From the NCBI GenBank assembly GCA_028534125.1, contig CM052817.1, positions 19,346,001-19,410,000 on the forward strand: 64,000 nt of DNA. The letters are read 5' to 3'. Positions 1 through 14,269 of this stretch are shown here, piece after piece; positions within the stretch are counted from its first letter, which is position 1; every line of letters begins with the position of its first letter. Source of the DNA: Lama glama (Eukaryota). The notes under the pieces were generated by a model. That model had not been told where the DNA came from and did not search any database. It saw nothing but the letters and a program-made list of their open reading frames with translations. Made by a program: the position numbers and the translations under genes.

Positions 1-2459
1 TTACATTGTGACCTAAATAATTAGAAAAATGATCAATATAATCCTATTGCTACTGCATGCAGGTGTAATTGAAAATTTTTTTCAAATGCATAATTTTGAT
101 TAGATTAATCAATCTAGAAGACAATTGCATAAAATGAATTAACATAATTTTTGAAAAAACATTGTCTATACAGAATTTAAAATAAGAATATCACTTAATA
201 AAAATTATCCTTAAAAATGTCTTAAATCACCTATAAAATAAAGTTTGTACACTTATAAAGCCCTGAAAGCAATAAGACATAGTGTATAATAAAGATACTT
301 ATGCAAAGTATAATTCTGCAACCATGATTAAGTTCCCCACAGCTCCCAGCACCCCCTCTCTTCCTTTCTCTCTCTTCCCCTCCACCCTCATTTTCATTAA
401 GTCCAAAATTGTGTCAATTAGACACAGGCTGTTATTAGGGACCCTAGTCTAGTAATTTACTCCCTCAGAGTATGTGTCCTCATTTAAAAAAAAAAAAAAA
501 AGGCACTTTGTGAGAACATTGCTCATATTTTAAATGTTTGTATCTTTTCTCTCTCTTCTCAACACTTTCCTCTGTGTATATACACATAGATACACACACA
601 CATATCTGCATGCAACTAATATACTTTGATGTTGACCTCACGCATCTAGAATGATTATATGTTTTATGCAATTTCAGTAGATTCACATATTAAGATAATT
701 CACTACTTTAGGTAGTCATAATCATCCCATAACTATGCCACCATCCCCATTATGACATGCAGATATTTGTATACTGCTGAACAGCAAAATAAGTATTCTG
801 ATCTTGTATTTTACATACCTCAGAAAACAAAATCTACTAATACAAACTTAGGTTTATTATTTTGGATCTAATAACTGACAAGATGAGATCATCTTTCTTC
901 CAGTCCAAAAATTTAATGCCTTCTTTGAGAAATAGAACAGCTCTGACACCAGCACAAGCATGTCTACTAAATTTGCAAATAAATCTAGAAATAGTTAGTA
1001 TTAATAAGCTGCTTCTGTCTCTACTGTAAAAGTTGAAAAAAAATTAACAATATAGTATTGACAAGAGAAATACAGCAAAAAGTATGTAATAAATGTAAAT
1101 CTGTTACATTAGCTACACTGTTGAACAGGTATAGAATAAATAAAGTAATGTAAACTTCTTGTAATTTGTTCTGTAGATTACGGTGTATGTAATTTTTACT
1201 CACCAAGGCCAGACTCTAACTTCATTATATTTATGAAAAAGGTCTCTGGCCAATTTAGTGTTAGATATTGCCAGTTTACCCAAATAGAATTTGACATGGC
1301 CAGTTTACAAGAATATTATAACTTTCAATAAAGTACATTTTAGACAAATAGATATTTCACAAACTACAGTCTTGGCTGATGTTTTGCTAGGTGGGCTCAT
1401 GTGCAGAAGATATTCTGCACTCTGAGCACATTAAGAGTATATCCCTGCATAAGGGGTGAAATGTTGGAGTCATTAAAATTTAAAGAGTGTAATTCTAGGG
1501 GAAAATAAGGAAAGAGAATTGAAAGGAAAGTTGGAGATGGAGTAATTTAGAAAAATTTTCTCTCCTTTTTATTATTCCTTAATTTTTTTCTGTTTCATCT
1601 CCATCTTCAAAACATACTCACTGAGGCGTGCTTCAGTAGGCTGAGGATCAATTAAAGTACATGACATTGAGGAATGAATACCCTACAGAGTTGGCTCTAT
1701 CTCAAGGTGCATTTCCTTGTTAGAAGAGGCAATATCTTTAATCCAGTGTCTTTGGGACATCCAGTGTCCTTTTAATTCAGTGTCCCTCGCATCACTCTTC
1801 TGTCACTCGGCCAATCTTTCCCTTACACACATACGCACATACTAAATATTACCTACAATACTAGTTCTACCAACAAGTCACTAATGTTAACCAGTATCAG
1901 TTCTGGTTATGGGTAAATGCTAACCAGTACTGGTTCTGGCTCAGGTTAGGCATCTCAAAAGCTGTCTAATCTTCCTAACCTCAGGGTTCAGTTAAACACA
2001 AAAATGCAAAATTAAAGCGTCAACTTGGTGAATGTCTAGGATGTTGTGTTAACTTGTCCTAAAAATAGAACTGGATCTAAAACAGAAATCCCTAAAAGTC
2101 TATTCCAACAGAAAAACCAAAAAGATCAGGTCTGTTTTTGAAAGCACCAACTAATGCAAATGTTTCAACCTAGGAAGTGCATGGAAACCTATATCTGTTT
2201 AGTATAATGTCAACCATGGCGTTCTTTCCAAGAAAACATACTGTGGACAGTATCATGGTATTTCCAGGTCTTGTGGTTAAACTCTCTCACACTAATTCCA
2301 ACACCCTAAATTCTACTCTAAGTGGTTCTCATTAGTATGAAGTCCCTCTTGTACGCAGTGTAAATAAACGTAGGTATCATAAAGAACATCCCTTTCCACA
2401 GCCTTTCTCTTCGGTTAATTTCAAAATCAAATGTTAATGATTAGATCTACCTGGAAGAG

Positions 2460-2630
2460 AAAAGGCTGCAGAAAGCCTGGAATCTTTGAACTATGTCTGC
2501 CAATTATGAGATGTGTGAGCTTGGGAATCACTTGACCTTGCTGTATTTGTTTCTTTCTCTATAAATTAAGAAAAAAAAATTGTCAGTCTCACAAGATTGT
2601 TGTGAAAACAAAGGATAAAAGTGGTTTGAA
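2460..2630 (+). mobile_element. MIR SINE fragment
   Basis: Degenerate MIR core: tgtgtgagcttgggaatcacttgaccttgctgtatttgtttctttctctataaat. Confidence 0.6.
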
Positions 2631-2792
2631 ATGGACACTGTTGTGAAGAAAATAAAGTCGTGTTTTACTTATATTCTACCAAGTTAAGTTTTCAATAAAC
2701 TGTACTCATATGAATTAAATGGATAATTATTTAATGGCTATATAAACACATAAGTGAAAAAACCAGCCTTTTACTATTTATTGGTGAGATAC

Positions 2793-3248
2793 TGTTGTGG
2801 ACATATTAAATGCCCCCAGAGATGTCATGTTTAACCCCTCACATCTGTGAATATGTTAGTTCATATGGTAAGAGAGACTTGGCAGATGTGACAAGCTTAA
2901 GAATCTTATGATGGGAAGGTTTTCCTAGTAAGACCAATAGAAGCCCAAGGACCAATAGAGGCCCAAGGAGGAAGGAGGAGATGTGGTAAAGGAAGCAGAT
3001 GTTGGGTGGTGAGAGGAAGGCACCAGGAACCAAGGAATGTGGGCAAATTCTAGAAGCTGAGAAAGGCAAGGAGGCAGATTCTCTCCTAGAACCTTCTTTT
3101 GAGCACAGCCCTTGATTTAGGACTTCTGACTTCCAGAATGGTGAGATAATAAATCTGTGTTGTTAGAACAATAAGATGATAAATTTGTGTTGTTTTAAGC
3201 CACTAAATTTAGGATGATTTGCCACTACAGCAATAGGAAACTAATATA
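2793..3248 (+). mobile_element. MaLR solo LTR (MLT1C/D-like)
   Basis: Typical MLT1 motifs: ggcagatgtga, gaagctgagaaaggcaaggaggcagattctctcctagaacct, aaatttgtgttgttttaagccact, 3' end caataggaaactaatata. Confidence 0.85.
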
Positions 3249-3344
3249 GAGTCTATGTGCTGAGCCCCATTCTAGGTGATGGAAATTCGTAGATGGACAA
3301 AATGGAGAGCTGTGCCAAACTTGGCGCTCTGCACTTGACAAAAA

Positions 3345-3480
3345 ATCAAGCCATTTTTCACAACAACTCTACAAAGCAGACATAATTAGCCCCCCTTTTT
3401 TTTACAGATGAAGAGACTGGGAGTCAGAATAATGTCTCCATTGTCACACACCTAATAAGTGAGCTGTGAATGTTCAGAGC
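3345..3480 (-). mobile_element. MIR SINE fragment
   Basis: cacaacaactct...ttttacagatgaagagactg...gtcacacacctaataagt matches the reverse MIR core. Confidence 0.7.
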
Positions 3481-4906
3481 CTGTGCCCTGTACACACATG
3501 GTATTACCTCCTCCAAATAACCCAGAAGTGCAGGGCGGAAGAATGCAGGTTAGGCACCAAAGATCTGTTTGCTGAGACATGATTTTGCCACATGGAAGGA
3601 GATAGGGGAGAAAAAAAGCAAATGAAGAGAAGAGGTTTACTTTGTAGAGTTTCATTTGAAGAGTTGGAATTGAAGTCACGTAACATAAGATGAGTCCACA
3701 TCCCCAAATCAATTAAAAAAAAAGTTTTCATTTAATTCAAACTTTCTTTTAATAAATAATTGTTCTACAGACATTCATTTCAGATTTTTATTTGTAAATG
3801 CCTTTGTGAGTCTCTTTGTTTATAATTCAAAACATCAAAATAAAACAAAAATGATGTCATTATATCATTTCCATTAACACACTTATTACTTGTTAAGTAT
3901 TTAGGAAATCATCATGGAAGAGCAAATTTTTGCAATTTTTCCAGGGACTATTAATAGCACTCTTTTCTCACCTCAAACACTTTTCTCTCCAAGCATTTCT
4001 CACCGCTTTTTTTTTTCATTTTCCGTCTCATATTTGCTCCTAGGTGTGGGCTTCTACTCATGAACCCAGCAATTACAAACGCCTATTTCTCCTTATCATC
4101 TTTGCCCATAAATAGAAGACTAATGAAAACCACTTTAATTCTACTTTAAAATACTTTAATTCATGGATAGGTTTCATGTTACCTGACGTTTACTGATGAA
4201 AGATCTTATATAAACTATGAAATTTTCATTACACAAAAGAGATAGGTAGAACCTGGGAATATTCAGAAGAAAGTCAGATTTATGGTCTCAAAAAGTATGA
4301 ATCCAATGAGAAAAATATAACCTGGTTCACTCAGTTTTAGGAAAAGAAGATTCACTAAAAACTTTAACACTTTTTCTTGAACAAGAAATGGTAATCTTTG
4401 AAGTACAGTAAAACTATAGATACTGCTTTATATTAGGAGATAGAATTTTAACTGATTTGGCTTTTAAAACAATAGAATGGATTGAAAAAGAAGGCGAAAA
4501 ATATTTTTAAACAAAAGTATTTATGGATAAGGTTTATTAATACACTCCCACTTATGCTGAATATTTTTAGTTTTGGTCAAATACAAGTTGAAGAACCCCA
4601 GGGTCCATAGAAGTTGCTCCTAGCCCTGAGCTCATCCTATTTATTTGTTTTCACTAATTGGAAGCACATTTCTTAGAAATGAAAAAAAAAAGTAGCCTTT
4701 CAAAAAGCATGTCTTGCCTGAAGGTTTTTCAACTAGGGTGAAAACAATAGTTGCAAAGCCCATTAGTTTTTTTTTTTTTCTTAAAATAATTTATTTCAAA
4801 AAGTCATTAGCTTAATAGAAAGGAATTGACAGAAGTCCTTTAGGATTTCTACTTTAAATTTCAGGGATTTGCCTCATTAAAAATCAATTGCAGAACCAAG
4901 CCTCAC

Positions 4907-4933
4907 GTGTGTGTGTGTGTGTGTGTGTGTGTG
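4907..4933. repeat. (GT)n microsatellite
   Basis: Perfect GT run followed by a short GA run. Confidence 0.95.
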
Positions 4934-6042
4934 AGGAGAGAGAGAAAATGATTTAAAAATCTTGGCCAGTTTTATTTAAATAATTCTGAGAATAAAACAA
5001 AATCTTAAATGATATTAACAAAGACTTCTTTTAGATATTTACATTTTTCTAATAGAAAATATAGTGTTACTTCTGGACGTGTCATTATTATGAATTTCCA
5101 AAAGCTAAATCTCATTATGTCTCATAGTCTGTTAGAAATTTCACTTTCTGATGGTTTCCTTATAAATTAAGTCTTAAAATTGCTCCCATTATTTCTACTA
5201 CTCTGCTGCAAATTTAACACTAAGTGAGTTTAATAAATTGTAAACATTACCCAACAATGTATATGTCATGGTGAGAAAATAAATACATGCCGACTGCTAA
5301 GTTTTTCATTCGAAGAAAAAGAAAAGAGTTGGCTGAAAATAGAAACCTAAGAATCTAGGAAAAGGATGATAATAACATACTTAGCACTTTTCTAAGTAAT
5401 TCTTTTTCCATTATCTTCAGCTATTTAAAAACCTTTGTGCTTGATAACGCGAGCTCCTTAAGAGATACTATCTGGAGGTTGGTGGAATACGTGATATATT
5501 TCTTTCTTCCCTCGTGGGAGAGTAGTTGTTATCAACTGCTGTTACTTCCAAGGACTTCACGTGTCAGAGGACAATGACCACAGGCAAAGGTTGTCCTTGG
5601 AGTCAGACCAAGGAAATGGCTCCAGTAATATAATGATATCTACAGTTGTTTAGAGAAACAAAAGTAAGATATGAGAATGATTTGCCTTCTTTTGTAACTA
5701 ATGAAGCAGTTTCTTCATTTAGGAAAGGAGGCCATCTACTCGTTGTCTTAGAACACATATCGTGGGTATTGCCATCAGTCCCTTCTTCTCCTGGCTATTT
5801 CTTCTAAAATTACCTCTTACCCATGAGCTTTTAGATTTGCAAGAGGCCATGGAAGAAATTACTTCTTTAGATTCAAAAGCAATAGTCAGGTTTCAGTGCA
5901 CACATCACATCAGTTGAAAATTTGTCATGCGTCCAAAGGCACTTGTAAAATCAGTCGTAATAAAAAGCTGATATACACATTGCTTCAATAATATTGGAGG
6001 GTTAGGCCAGCAAGGAACTTAGGGTGTGGAGAATAGAAGGTT

Positions 6043-6073
6043 GATAGGTAAAGATAGACAGATAGATAGATAA

Positions 6074-6105
<32 letters not shown>

Positions 6106-6118
6106 AGATAGGTAGATA
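6043..6118. repeat. (GATA)n microsatellite
   Basis: Tandem gata units with variants. Confidence 0.95.
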
Positions 6119-7974
6119 TTCTGACTTTGTCCCAATAATGGCTAAGAACATAGTCCATGACTTCTGAGACTTTCTTTAATGCTTATATTGTTTGCAGATC
6201 CCTTCTAATTCAGTTACCATTTTTCAGAGAAACTACCCAAATAGCCTAATAGTGGTAGAATTCCAACAGGACACTCAGGAATCCTTTCCACTAATTTTTC
6301 AAAAACAACTTTTTGAAGTGATTATCAATCACCCAAAGTATTTACAGTGTTTCTTGTCCTTTTAATTATTCAAATAGATTTAGCAAAAATAATGCAGCAG
6401 TAGTTGTTAAATTAAAGTCCCACAAACAGAAATAGAACAGGCACCTTTAAAAGTTATAAGCTTTTTCCAAATACATTATTATACAATTTCTTATGATAGA
6501 CTCTCCAATTGTACTATCTTTAAGGTCAGGAGTCAGTAATGTTATTTTTTGTCCCTTCCTTAACCCGAGTGACAATTCTCTATGTTCTATTTTGAGTTTT
6601 TCTGTTAGCATGCTTCCTGATATAAATTTGAAAATATTTTTAAAAGATAAAAACCCAAAGCAACAAAACCCAGAGTAAACATGTCTACAATGTAGGAATG
6701 CCTTGAATTTTAATGGAACAGGTGAAACTATTTCAATCTTTTAAGTTATATGAGTATACTCGGTTAAGAATATAATTCAATCCATTAGGATGTTGTAAGA
6801 TTGCAGTGTTATCCTCACACAAAGACACAGACATAAATGAAAAGAAAAATAATCAGCTCTGTGTTCAGATCATGGGGTGGTACTGTCAAATATTTCTTCA
6901 AGATGTATCCTGTACATAAAGTCCTGAGAAAGAACTTCGTCTCCACCCCTAGCATCATAGTTGGATGGCCCTGTGACTAACATGTAAGAGATGGGTTAAG
7001 GTCCAACATCTTCTAAATCTGTATTCCAGAACCTGGCCTCACTAGCAATCCAAGTAGGTCATAACAAAAAAGTGTCCAAGGAATGCAGCAACAACTTATA
7101 GCTACTTTAATGAGATAGTGTGTTAAGGAAGTAGATTGAAAAGGCCAAGAAAAACTCCTTTTGGTACTTTTTGCTGAAATGTTACCATTAATCAAATCAG
7201 TGAAAGAAATCATTTAAAATCCAAATTGTTTTCTAATAGGTAGAAAAATCCAATCAACTAATAAGAATACACTGAGTTCCCACTTGATGTTTAATATTGA
7301 CAGAGGGGTCAGGATACCTCCTGCCATTTTCATTTGTTCTTGAACCATATTTGGCTAGTTCCTAAGAAGAATGGGATACTAATACATGGGTACAAAGTAA
7401 TCAAATAAAAGTCAGGCGAACTTTGAGTGGGGTTTAGGGAAGTTAAGAATCAGGAGGCTCTGTGCAATCTTATCAAACAATTATTTGGTAGTTCCTGATT
7501 GTTACCCAAGGCAAATAGTTCTAGGTTCTCTTTGGATCAGGTTCAGAGAGTTCTGAACAGCAATACAAAGAAATAGGGAAGAAGTAAAATAGTAAATAGG
7601 TCAGAAAGAACAATGGAATATAAAATAATTAATTCAAAATTTTGCTTATAGATAAACTTGGTTTTATTACATTTAATAGATAATCAATTAAATTCACTGT
7701 TGAGACAAAAATACACTTTTTTTGTGCAAATCATTTATCCCTTCATTGTTAAATGAATGAAATAAAATGATGGGAATAATTTAATTTGGTTTTCAACAGC
7801 TCTCAGTCCAAAGAGGAGAGAAAAAACTTAGAAGTTAGATTGTTTGTGTTTGGTTAATATATGTGTGTAATATGCTAAAGAAATCTAATCTCACTTCAAT
7901 ATTTGCAGAAAGAGATACCATTTATTAAAAACTCTGGGGCAGTCATTTTACTGCAAGTTTCTTTGCTTAACAAA

Positions 7975-8260
7975 ATAGATTCATTCAGCAAATATTTATG
8001 GAGCATCTCCTGAGCTCCAGGCAATGAAACACATACAGCAGATTCAGAGATGAGTAGGATAAACTGCATTTTTTTGAGGAACTCAAAATCCTGTGTGAGA
8101 GGTATACATTGAAAACACTGCCATACAAATACCACTCGTGTAATAAAATTTAGTGCAAAGTTTTACAGGTATATTGAAGAGGGAGTGATTATCTTTGACG
8201 GAAGAGGGTTCAAAATATCATCACAAAGACATTATACCTGACAAGAGAATATGGCTGGAA
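7975..8260 (-). mobile_element. L2 LINE 3' fragment
   Basis: tcattcagcaaatatttatggagcatctcctgagctccaggca is the reverse L2 tail. Confidence 0.7.
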
Positions 8261-8329
8261 AAATACAAACTTCTTAGGATAAATCTCTACTAGGGCTCCA
8301 TCACTACCTAAAACCCCTACTCTAACATT

Positions 8330-8740
8330 CTCAAAAAGAACCATGTCTCTCCTCTTATCAGACTTTTAATGCTTTTTCCCCCTATTTCTGTAGGAAAATA
8401 GAAGAATTGCATTAGAACAATTTCATCATGTCAGCACCAAATCTCTCAGCTTGCATCAATCTCTAGAACTATTTCTTTATTTTCTCCATAAAAGTGAAAG
8501 ATTTTTGCCTGCTTAACTCTAAGTCCAATACCTCTATTTGTATCTTGGATCCCATTGTCTCTCAACATTCAATGAGTTGTATTGTCAATGATTTTCTTTA
8601 CCTCCTTCATCACTATGTTACCCCCTTTTGTTGGATTATACCTATCAGGACTCAAGTGTACTTTGGTATCTTCAATTTTAATAAAATACTCTTTTTTTAC
8701 CTCATGTCACATCACCTCACAACTAATATGTTTCTTTATC
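8330..8740 (+). mobile_element. L2 LINE internal fragment
   Basis: ctaagtccaatacctctatttgtatcttggatcccattgtctctca resembles L2 ORF2 consensus. Confidence 0.5.
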
Positions 8741-9050
8741 TAAGCCTCATTGTCATTTTTTTCAGTGGTTGCTCCTGTGATTATAATTTATCTTTAATAT
8801 ATCAAATCTACCTTCATGTAATTATACTCTGAGAAACACAGTAGGACAGCAGAGGCAAAACAGGGCAAGATAAATATTAGGAAAAATAATGGCTGAGGAA
8901 TTTAAAAATTTCTGCGTAAACCATAATCTAGAAGCTTATAAAATCCGAAAGAAGGGAAAACTGCAAAGAAAAACTTAGACACATTGGAGTCAAATTTACA
9001 AAAAACAAAGATAAAAAGAAAATGTTAAAACAGAAACAAAAACACACATT

Positions 9051-9580
9051 ACAATAGCCAAGACATAGAGACAGCCTCAATGTCCATCAACTGATGACTG
9101 GATAAAGATGTGGTATATTTATACGATGGAATACTATTCAGCCATAAAAATGACAACGCCATTTGCAGCAACATGGATGTTCCTGGAGAATGTCATTCTA
9201 AGTGAAGTAAGCCAGAAAGAGAAAGAAAAATACCATATGAGGTCGCTTATATGTGGAATCTAAAAAACAAAAACAAAAACAAACAAACAAAGCATAAATA
9301 CAAAACAGAAATAGACTCACAGACATAGAATACAAACTTGTGGTTGCCAAGGAGGCAAGAGGTGGGAAGGGATAGACAGGATTTCAAAATTGTAGAATAG
9401 ATAAACAAGATTATATGTATAGCACAGGGAAATATACACAAGATCTTATGGTAGCTCACAAAGAAAAAAATGTGACGACTATACATATGTATATGTAAAC
9501 TGAAAATTGTGCTCTACACTGGAATTTGACACAACATTGTAAAATGGTTATAAATCAATAAAAAATGTTAAAAAAAAAAC
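9051..9580 (+). mobile_element. Young L1 3' end (end of ORF2, 3'UTR, poly-A), 5'-truncated
   Basis: acaatagccaagaca...atgtccatcaactgatgactggataaag...aataaa and an A-tail. TSD acacacattaca at 9042-9053 and 9584-9595. Confidence 0.92.
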
Positions 9581-9771
9581 CACACACACATTACATACAG
9601 TCTCAAGGACAATAATGTGTGTGATGGTTGTCTTCTCACCTGAAAGAATGGAGGCTGAATGATAGTGGAATAACACCATTAAAGGGCCAAAAGAAAAAGA
9701 AAAAGAAACTCATCTGTTAATCTAAAATTCTGTACCTGAATAAAATAAAATCACTCAAACTGAAAGTTGGT

Positions 9772-9930
9772 GGGGAGGATTATAGCTCGGTTGTACAGTG
9801 CATGCTTAACATGCATGAGGTCTGAGTTCAACCCCCAGTTCCTCCATTAAAAATAAATAAATAAACAAAGAAACAAACCTAATTACCTCCCTAACCCCAA
9901 AAAAGGTTTTTTTTTAATTTAAAAAACAAA
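9772..9930 (+). mobile_element. tRNA-Ala-derived SINE (camelid Vic-1 type)
   Basis: ggggaggattatagctc...catgcttaacatgcatgaggtctgagttcaacccccagttcctcc, then AAAT/AAAC repeats and cctaattacctccc. Flanked by gaaagt on both sides. Confidence 0.88.
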
Positions 9931-12900
9931 AGGAAAGTCAGATAAGTACATTTTTGGATATATAAAGGCTGAGAGTATTCAATTCCAATAGACCTGAACA
10001 ACAAAAAAAAATGCTAAAAGATTTCTTTTTTCATTCTGCAAAATATGATTCCAATTACATTTATGGCTGACAAGTTAATACTGTCCTACAGCTCTCACAG
10101 TTTCTGTTCTTTGATTCCGTTCTCTTTTCTCATCATGCTTCAGCTTAAATACTTTCTGTCTCTTCAAGGTCACTCATTTTCCCCTTTATGTTCAATTTGT
10201 TCATCATTTTAATGAATTCTTCTTTTGTGATCATCCATCTATCTATCCATCTGTCATATTCTATATATCCATTTATATACCTGTATCTTTGCATATGTAT
10301 GTATCTATAGCTACATCTACCTTTACACATATGCTTATATCAGTATTTTCCCTAGCATTTTCTTTTGATTCTTTTTTGTAGAGTCTATGTTTCTTAAAAT
10401 TCCCATCATTTTACACCTGTTGTCTATATTTTCCATGAAGCCCATGAGTTTCAAGTGATAATTCCAGCATCTTCACCTCTGGGTTTGTCTCTATTAACTA
10501 GATCATCTTTCAAATATGAATTACATTTACTTGCTTGTTTGAGTGTCCTATAGTTTTTTATGGAAGATCTCTCTCTGCTACACAGTCTAGCCACCCAGTT
10601 TTAGATTTCCTGTAGGATTCTCTTTGCTCTTCAAATTTGCATTAATTTTTCTATAGCTCAGGAAATGCATTTCTATGCTTCTGCCCTTCCCCCAGCATTC
10701 AGAATATGAATACCTTACTCTCCGCAGTGCCAGAGAAGATGTTTCTTATTTCTCATGTCTTTCTGAGAAGACTGCTCAGTCTTCTACAGGTGAAGACAGT
10801 CTCTCAGATTTCTTTCCACTTTCCTGCCTGCTGCCCTCTCACTCTTTGGTTCCTAAGAGAGCAAGGTGCTTTGTATCTCAGCTTTCCTTACTTGCTTTTG
10901 GCATATTGCACTCATGCACTTGAAGTAGATCCATGGGAAAGAATAAAGAGTGGGTGAAATTTGTCCTGTGCCTGGGACATCTTGGAATTCTATTGTGCCA
11001 TACAAGTTCACACCCAGACATTAATGGCTTATTAACACTTAGTTTGACTTTTTCTTACTGCAGTCTTTGACATGTTCATTATTTTCTCACTTGGCCATGG
11101 ATTAAAAACAGCTGAGGGTCTCTTTCTTCTATAAATGTCTTGTCTTTCCCTGAAATTTAGTTTCATTAGGTTTCCTTGGATCTTGAACTTTCTGGTAAAT
11201 TTTAAAATACTTTATTTTTTAGCTTCTGAGGTTGTTTATTGTTGTTAGGATGAGAACTATAGTCTTTAATGATGCTTTAAATTCTAACTAGAAGCAGACA
11301 TTCCCTTATTGGCTATTATTTTAGATTCAGACTCTCATCCTTTTTCTCTGTAGATTTTATTTGAAAGTCTAGTGTAAACAAGTTGGAGATGGTCTTTTGC
11401 ATTCATCTTCATCCAGAGAGAAAGTATGAAGATTTAGAGCTAGAATATCTGTGTTAAAACCTACTAAATGTGGCTTACTCATTAAAAATTCTCAAGTTTC
11501 TATACTTTTTCAATCAAGTGGTATACTATTTAAAACTTCTTAATGAAACCAGTTTCAGCAGGCTTTCTTGTGACTTACAAATCAGAAGTGAAGACGAACT
11601 AAATTGGAGTTCATGAACGCTGTAAATTGCAAAGAACTGTACACCTGCTGATTTTTATAACCATTGAGAAATAATATTTTTTTAATCAATAATGATTCTA
11701 AGATTGTATCCTAGATGCTTCCCATTTGAAACAAAATTAACAACTCCCATCAGTTCTGGTGAATATCACTGACAGCTTCTCAAATTCTTCATCATTCGTG
11801 ACAGGATGTGATTTTTTCCCTTGAGAAGTAAACACAGTATAAGTGCAAGTCAGCTGGCATTTCACATACCTAAGGAAATATCTCTATTAACAGCTTATTA
11901 CTAATTCATCAGTCATTCAGAATATCACACTTGCTGCTTGACTGAAATATGTATGTAAATATTTAATGTCAACCCAAAGAAATTCCTTCAAAATCTATAA
12001 ATTTAAATAAAATATTATTTAAATTACAAACTTTCAGTTAGAAATAGGATGGACATGAAATGGACATGAAATGGTAAAGAAGCAAGTTTCCATGTTAGTA
12101 CATTTTAAAAATGTATTTGATTCCACAGTGTGAGTTTAAATTTTTTTCCTATTTTAATATATGCCATAAATTATTTATAGTCCTAGTTCAATTACCCTTT
12201 CTTTGCAACTTACAACATTTAACATTTGCATAGCAATATTATTATTTCTTGGTAAGGGCTGCATGAATTTTAGGTTACTTTCGATTGTTCAATGAGACCT
12301 AATAATAGTATTTCTGATGACATCAAATTTCAACTATCCAAGCAAATGTTAACAGAGCTAACATGGATAATTGGAATCCATACATGTGTGAACAATTTCT
12401 CCAACTTTTTTTTGCTTGCTTGTTTCAAATAACAGCTTCTAGCAAAAGGGGAAATGATTGAGCCAAATAATTTCCTTTCTCTTCCAGAATCTATCTTCAG
12501 TTAAGGTGCTAATGAGAACTGTGGGGAAGTGAGCCCCTCAAATAAAGTTAGGGAAGAGGCAGGAGCCAAGTAGAATGGCAGTTGGAAAAAGTGGTAAACA
12601 AAGACATGTTTAAACTGGAATTGAATTAGGAAATTCCAAAAATGTCTGTGAAAGGCCAATCTGTATAAAGCAAAAAGATTTTCTGGGAAAAGGAAAGGAA
12701 AGGAAAAAAAAGGAGGAAGTGAAATGTATGCAGTCTATTTCAACATGCATTTAGGCAGCATTATTCTGCACCAAACACTGAGTTAAATATAAAATCACAA
12801 TGATAATATCAGGCCTCAGATCTGGCCTATACGACTAGTAAGTGATAGTGGTAAGTGTTACAATAGGTAAGAAAAAATCCTAAATATTTATTTTAAAAAT

Positions 12901-14269
12901 AAACAATAATCAAAGTAATCAAGATGTTAAAGGTTTCATTACCAGTATATCCAATATTAGTTGTGGAAAAAATTGTTTTAGTAAAGAGTACTAAATAATT
13001 GCCCAGAAAAAAGAGATAATTAATAGCTAAAAGAGCCAGAGAAGGAAGTATTCACCACATAACTTTTTTTATACCATGATTATCGAATATTATCAAAAGT
13101 AGGAAACAAATAGAATAGGAGAAAAAACCCTCTTCCAAAGTATAAAAAATACAGCTAAAAATGACAGTGAAACTCAGTGTGTGCATAAAGGTCATGTGAT
13201 AATGACAAAACAATATAAATACTTGGAAATAAAACATTTAGTAATGATATTTCATATTTTGTTATCATAGCAAACTTTTGAAAACTACGTTTATTCTAAG
13301 GTGTCATGTAATGGAACTTAATTGTAACTAGCCGTTCTGAAAGGCATGCAATCTAGAAGGGGACAAAGCAGTATGTCAGAGTTGATATACTTTTATTTTT
13401 ATATTTCGAATAGCCAAATAAAATGTCAAGTATGCCTTGAACATAAGGAAAGAGACGGGACGTTTCCAGACAAAGCAGCTGGTTGCACTGTCACAGGTTA
13501 GTATCCTTTCCTTACCAAACTCCATTTGGCTATCTGCCCCATGAATCTGATTGTACCACTTCATCTGCAGCTCAAACCATCTGAACTCCGAATGTATTGT
13601 TTGCATTTTCTTTGATAGGCATGGCATTTGTGCCTTCACTTTTCTCTTTCTGAAATTGTGAGCTTTATAGTTAATTTTGAAATATCAATGCCTTTGCTGG
13701 CTACTATTTCAGTTTCTGAATATCTGGATAGGCAATGAGAACATCTCTTTTACTCTGTAAAAGGAAAGTTGTATTCTTAAATATTCCTTTCTTTTCAGAC
13801 ATCATGAGCATCATATTTCCAGTTCCCATCTACTCAAGGCCAAATTACCACAAGTGTTCCCTTAGGACTTTGTTTTGATTCCCTTATTCTAAATCATCCC
13901 ATAAATTACAATTTCATCATAAAGTTTTTTTTTTATCATATTCCTTTCTTCCAATATCTCTACCACTTTTCTCTAACCTCTTTTCCTTCAGCATTTGAGT
14001 CCATTCCCAATTTGTGTAAGTACAACATTTTGGGTCTTATCTTTTACTACTTTCTCACACAGTTAATGCAAATTATTTGTATCCTGCATTCCCTTTTTTC
14101 CATAGTGTGTCCTGCTCTCTTCTCACCATTTAGGAATATTTTTCTCTTGGTCTCTATTCAAAATGCAATGTATCTAAAACTTAATTTATTATTTTTAAAG
14201 ACTCAGACCTACAAACCTTTACCTATCTGTAATTTGTATACCTTGGTTAATGGTACCATCAGAAAAAAA

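Larger units (their letters stand above)
8750..11300 (-). mobile_element. Old L1M (5' region, ORF1 and inter-ORF) with an internally inverted block at about 8835-10045
   Basis: Minus-strand L1M 5'/ORF1 sequence at 10048-11300 and inter-ORF-like sequence at 8750-8830. The C-terminal half of ORF1 lies on the plus strand in between (aaataatggctgaggaattt, ttctcacctgaaagaatggaggc, aaaattctgtacctg, aaggctgagagtattc). Confidence 0.65.
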
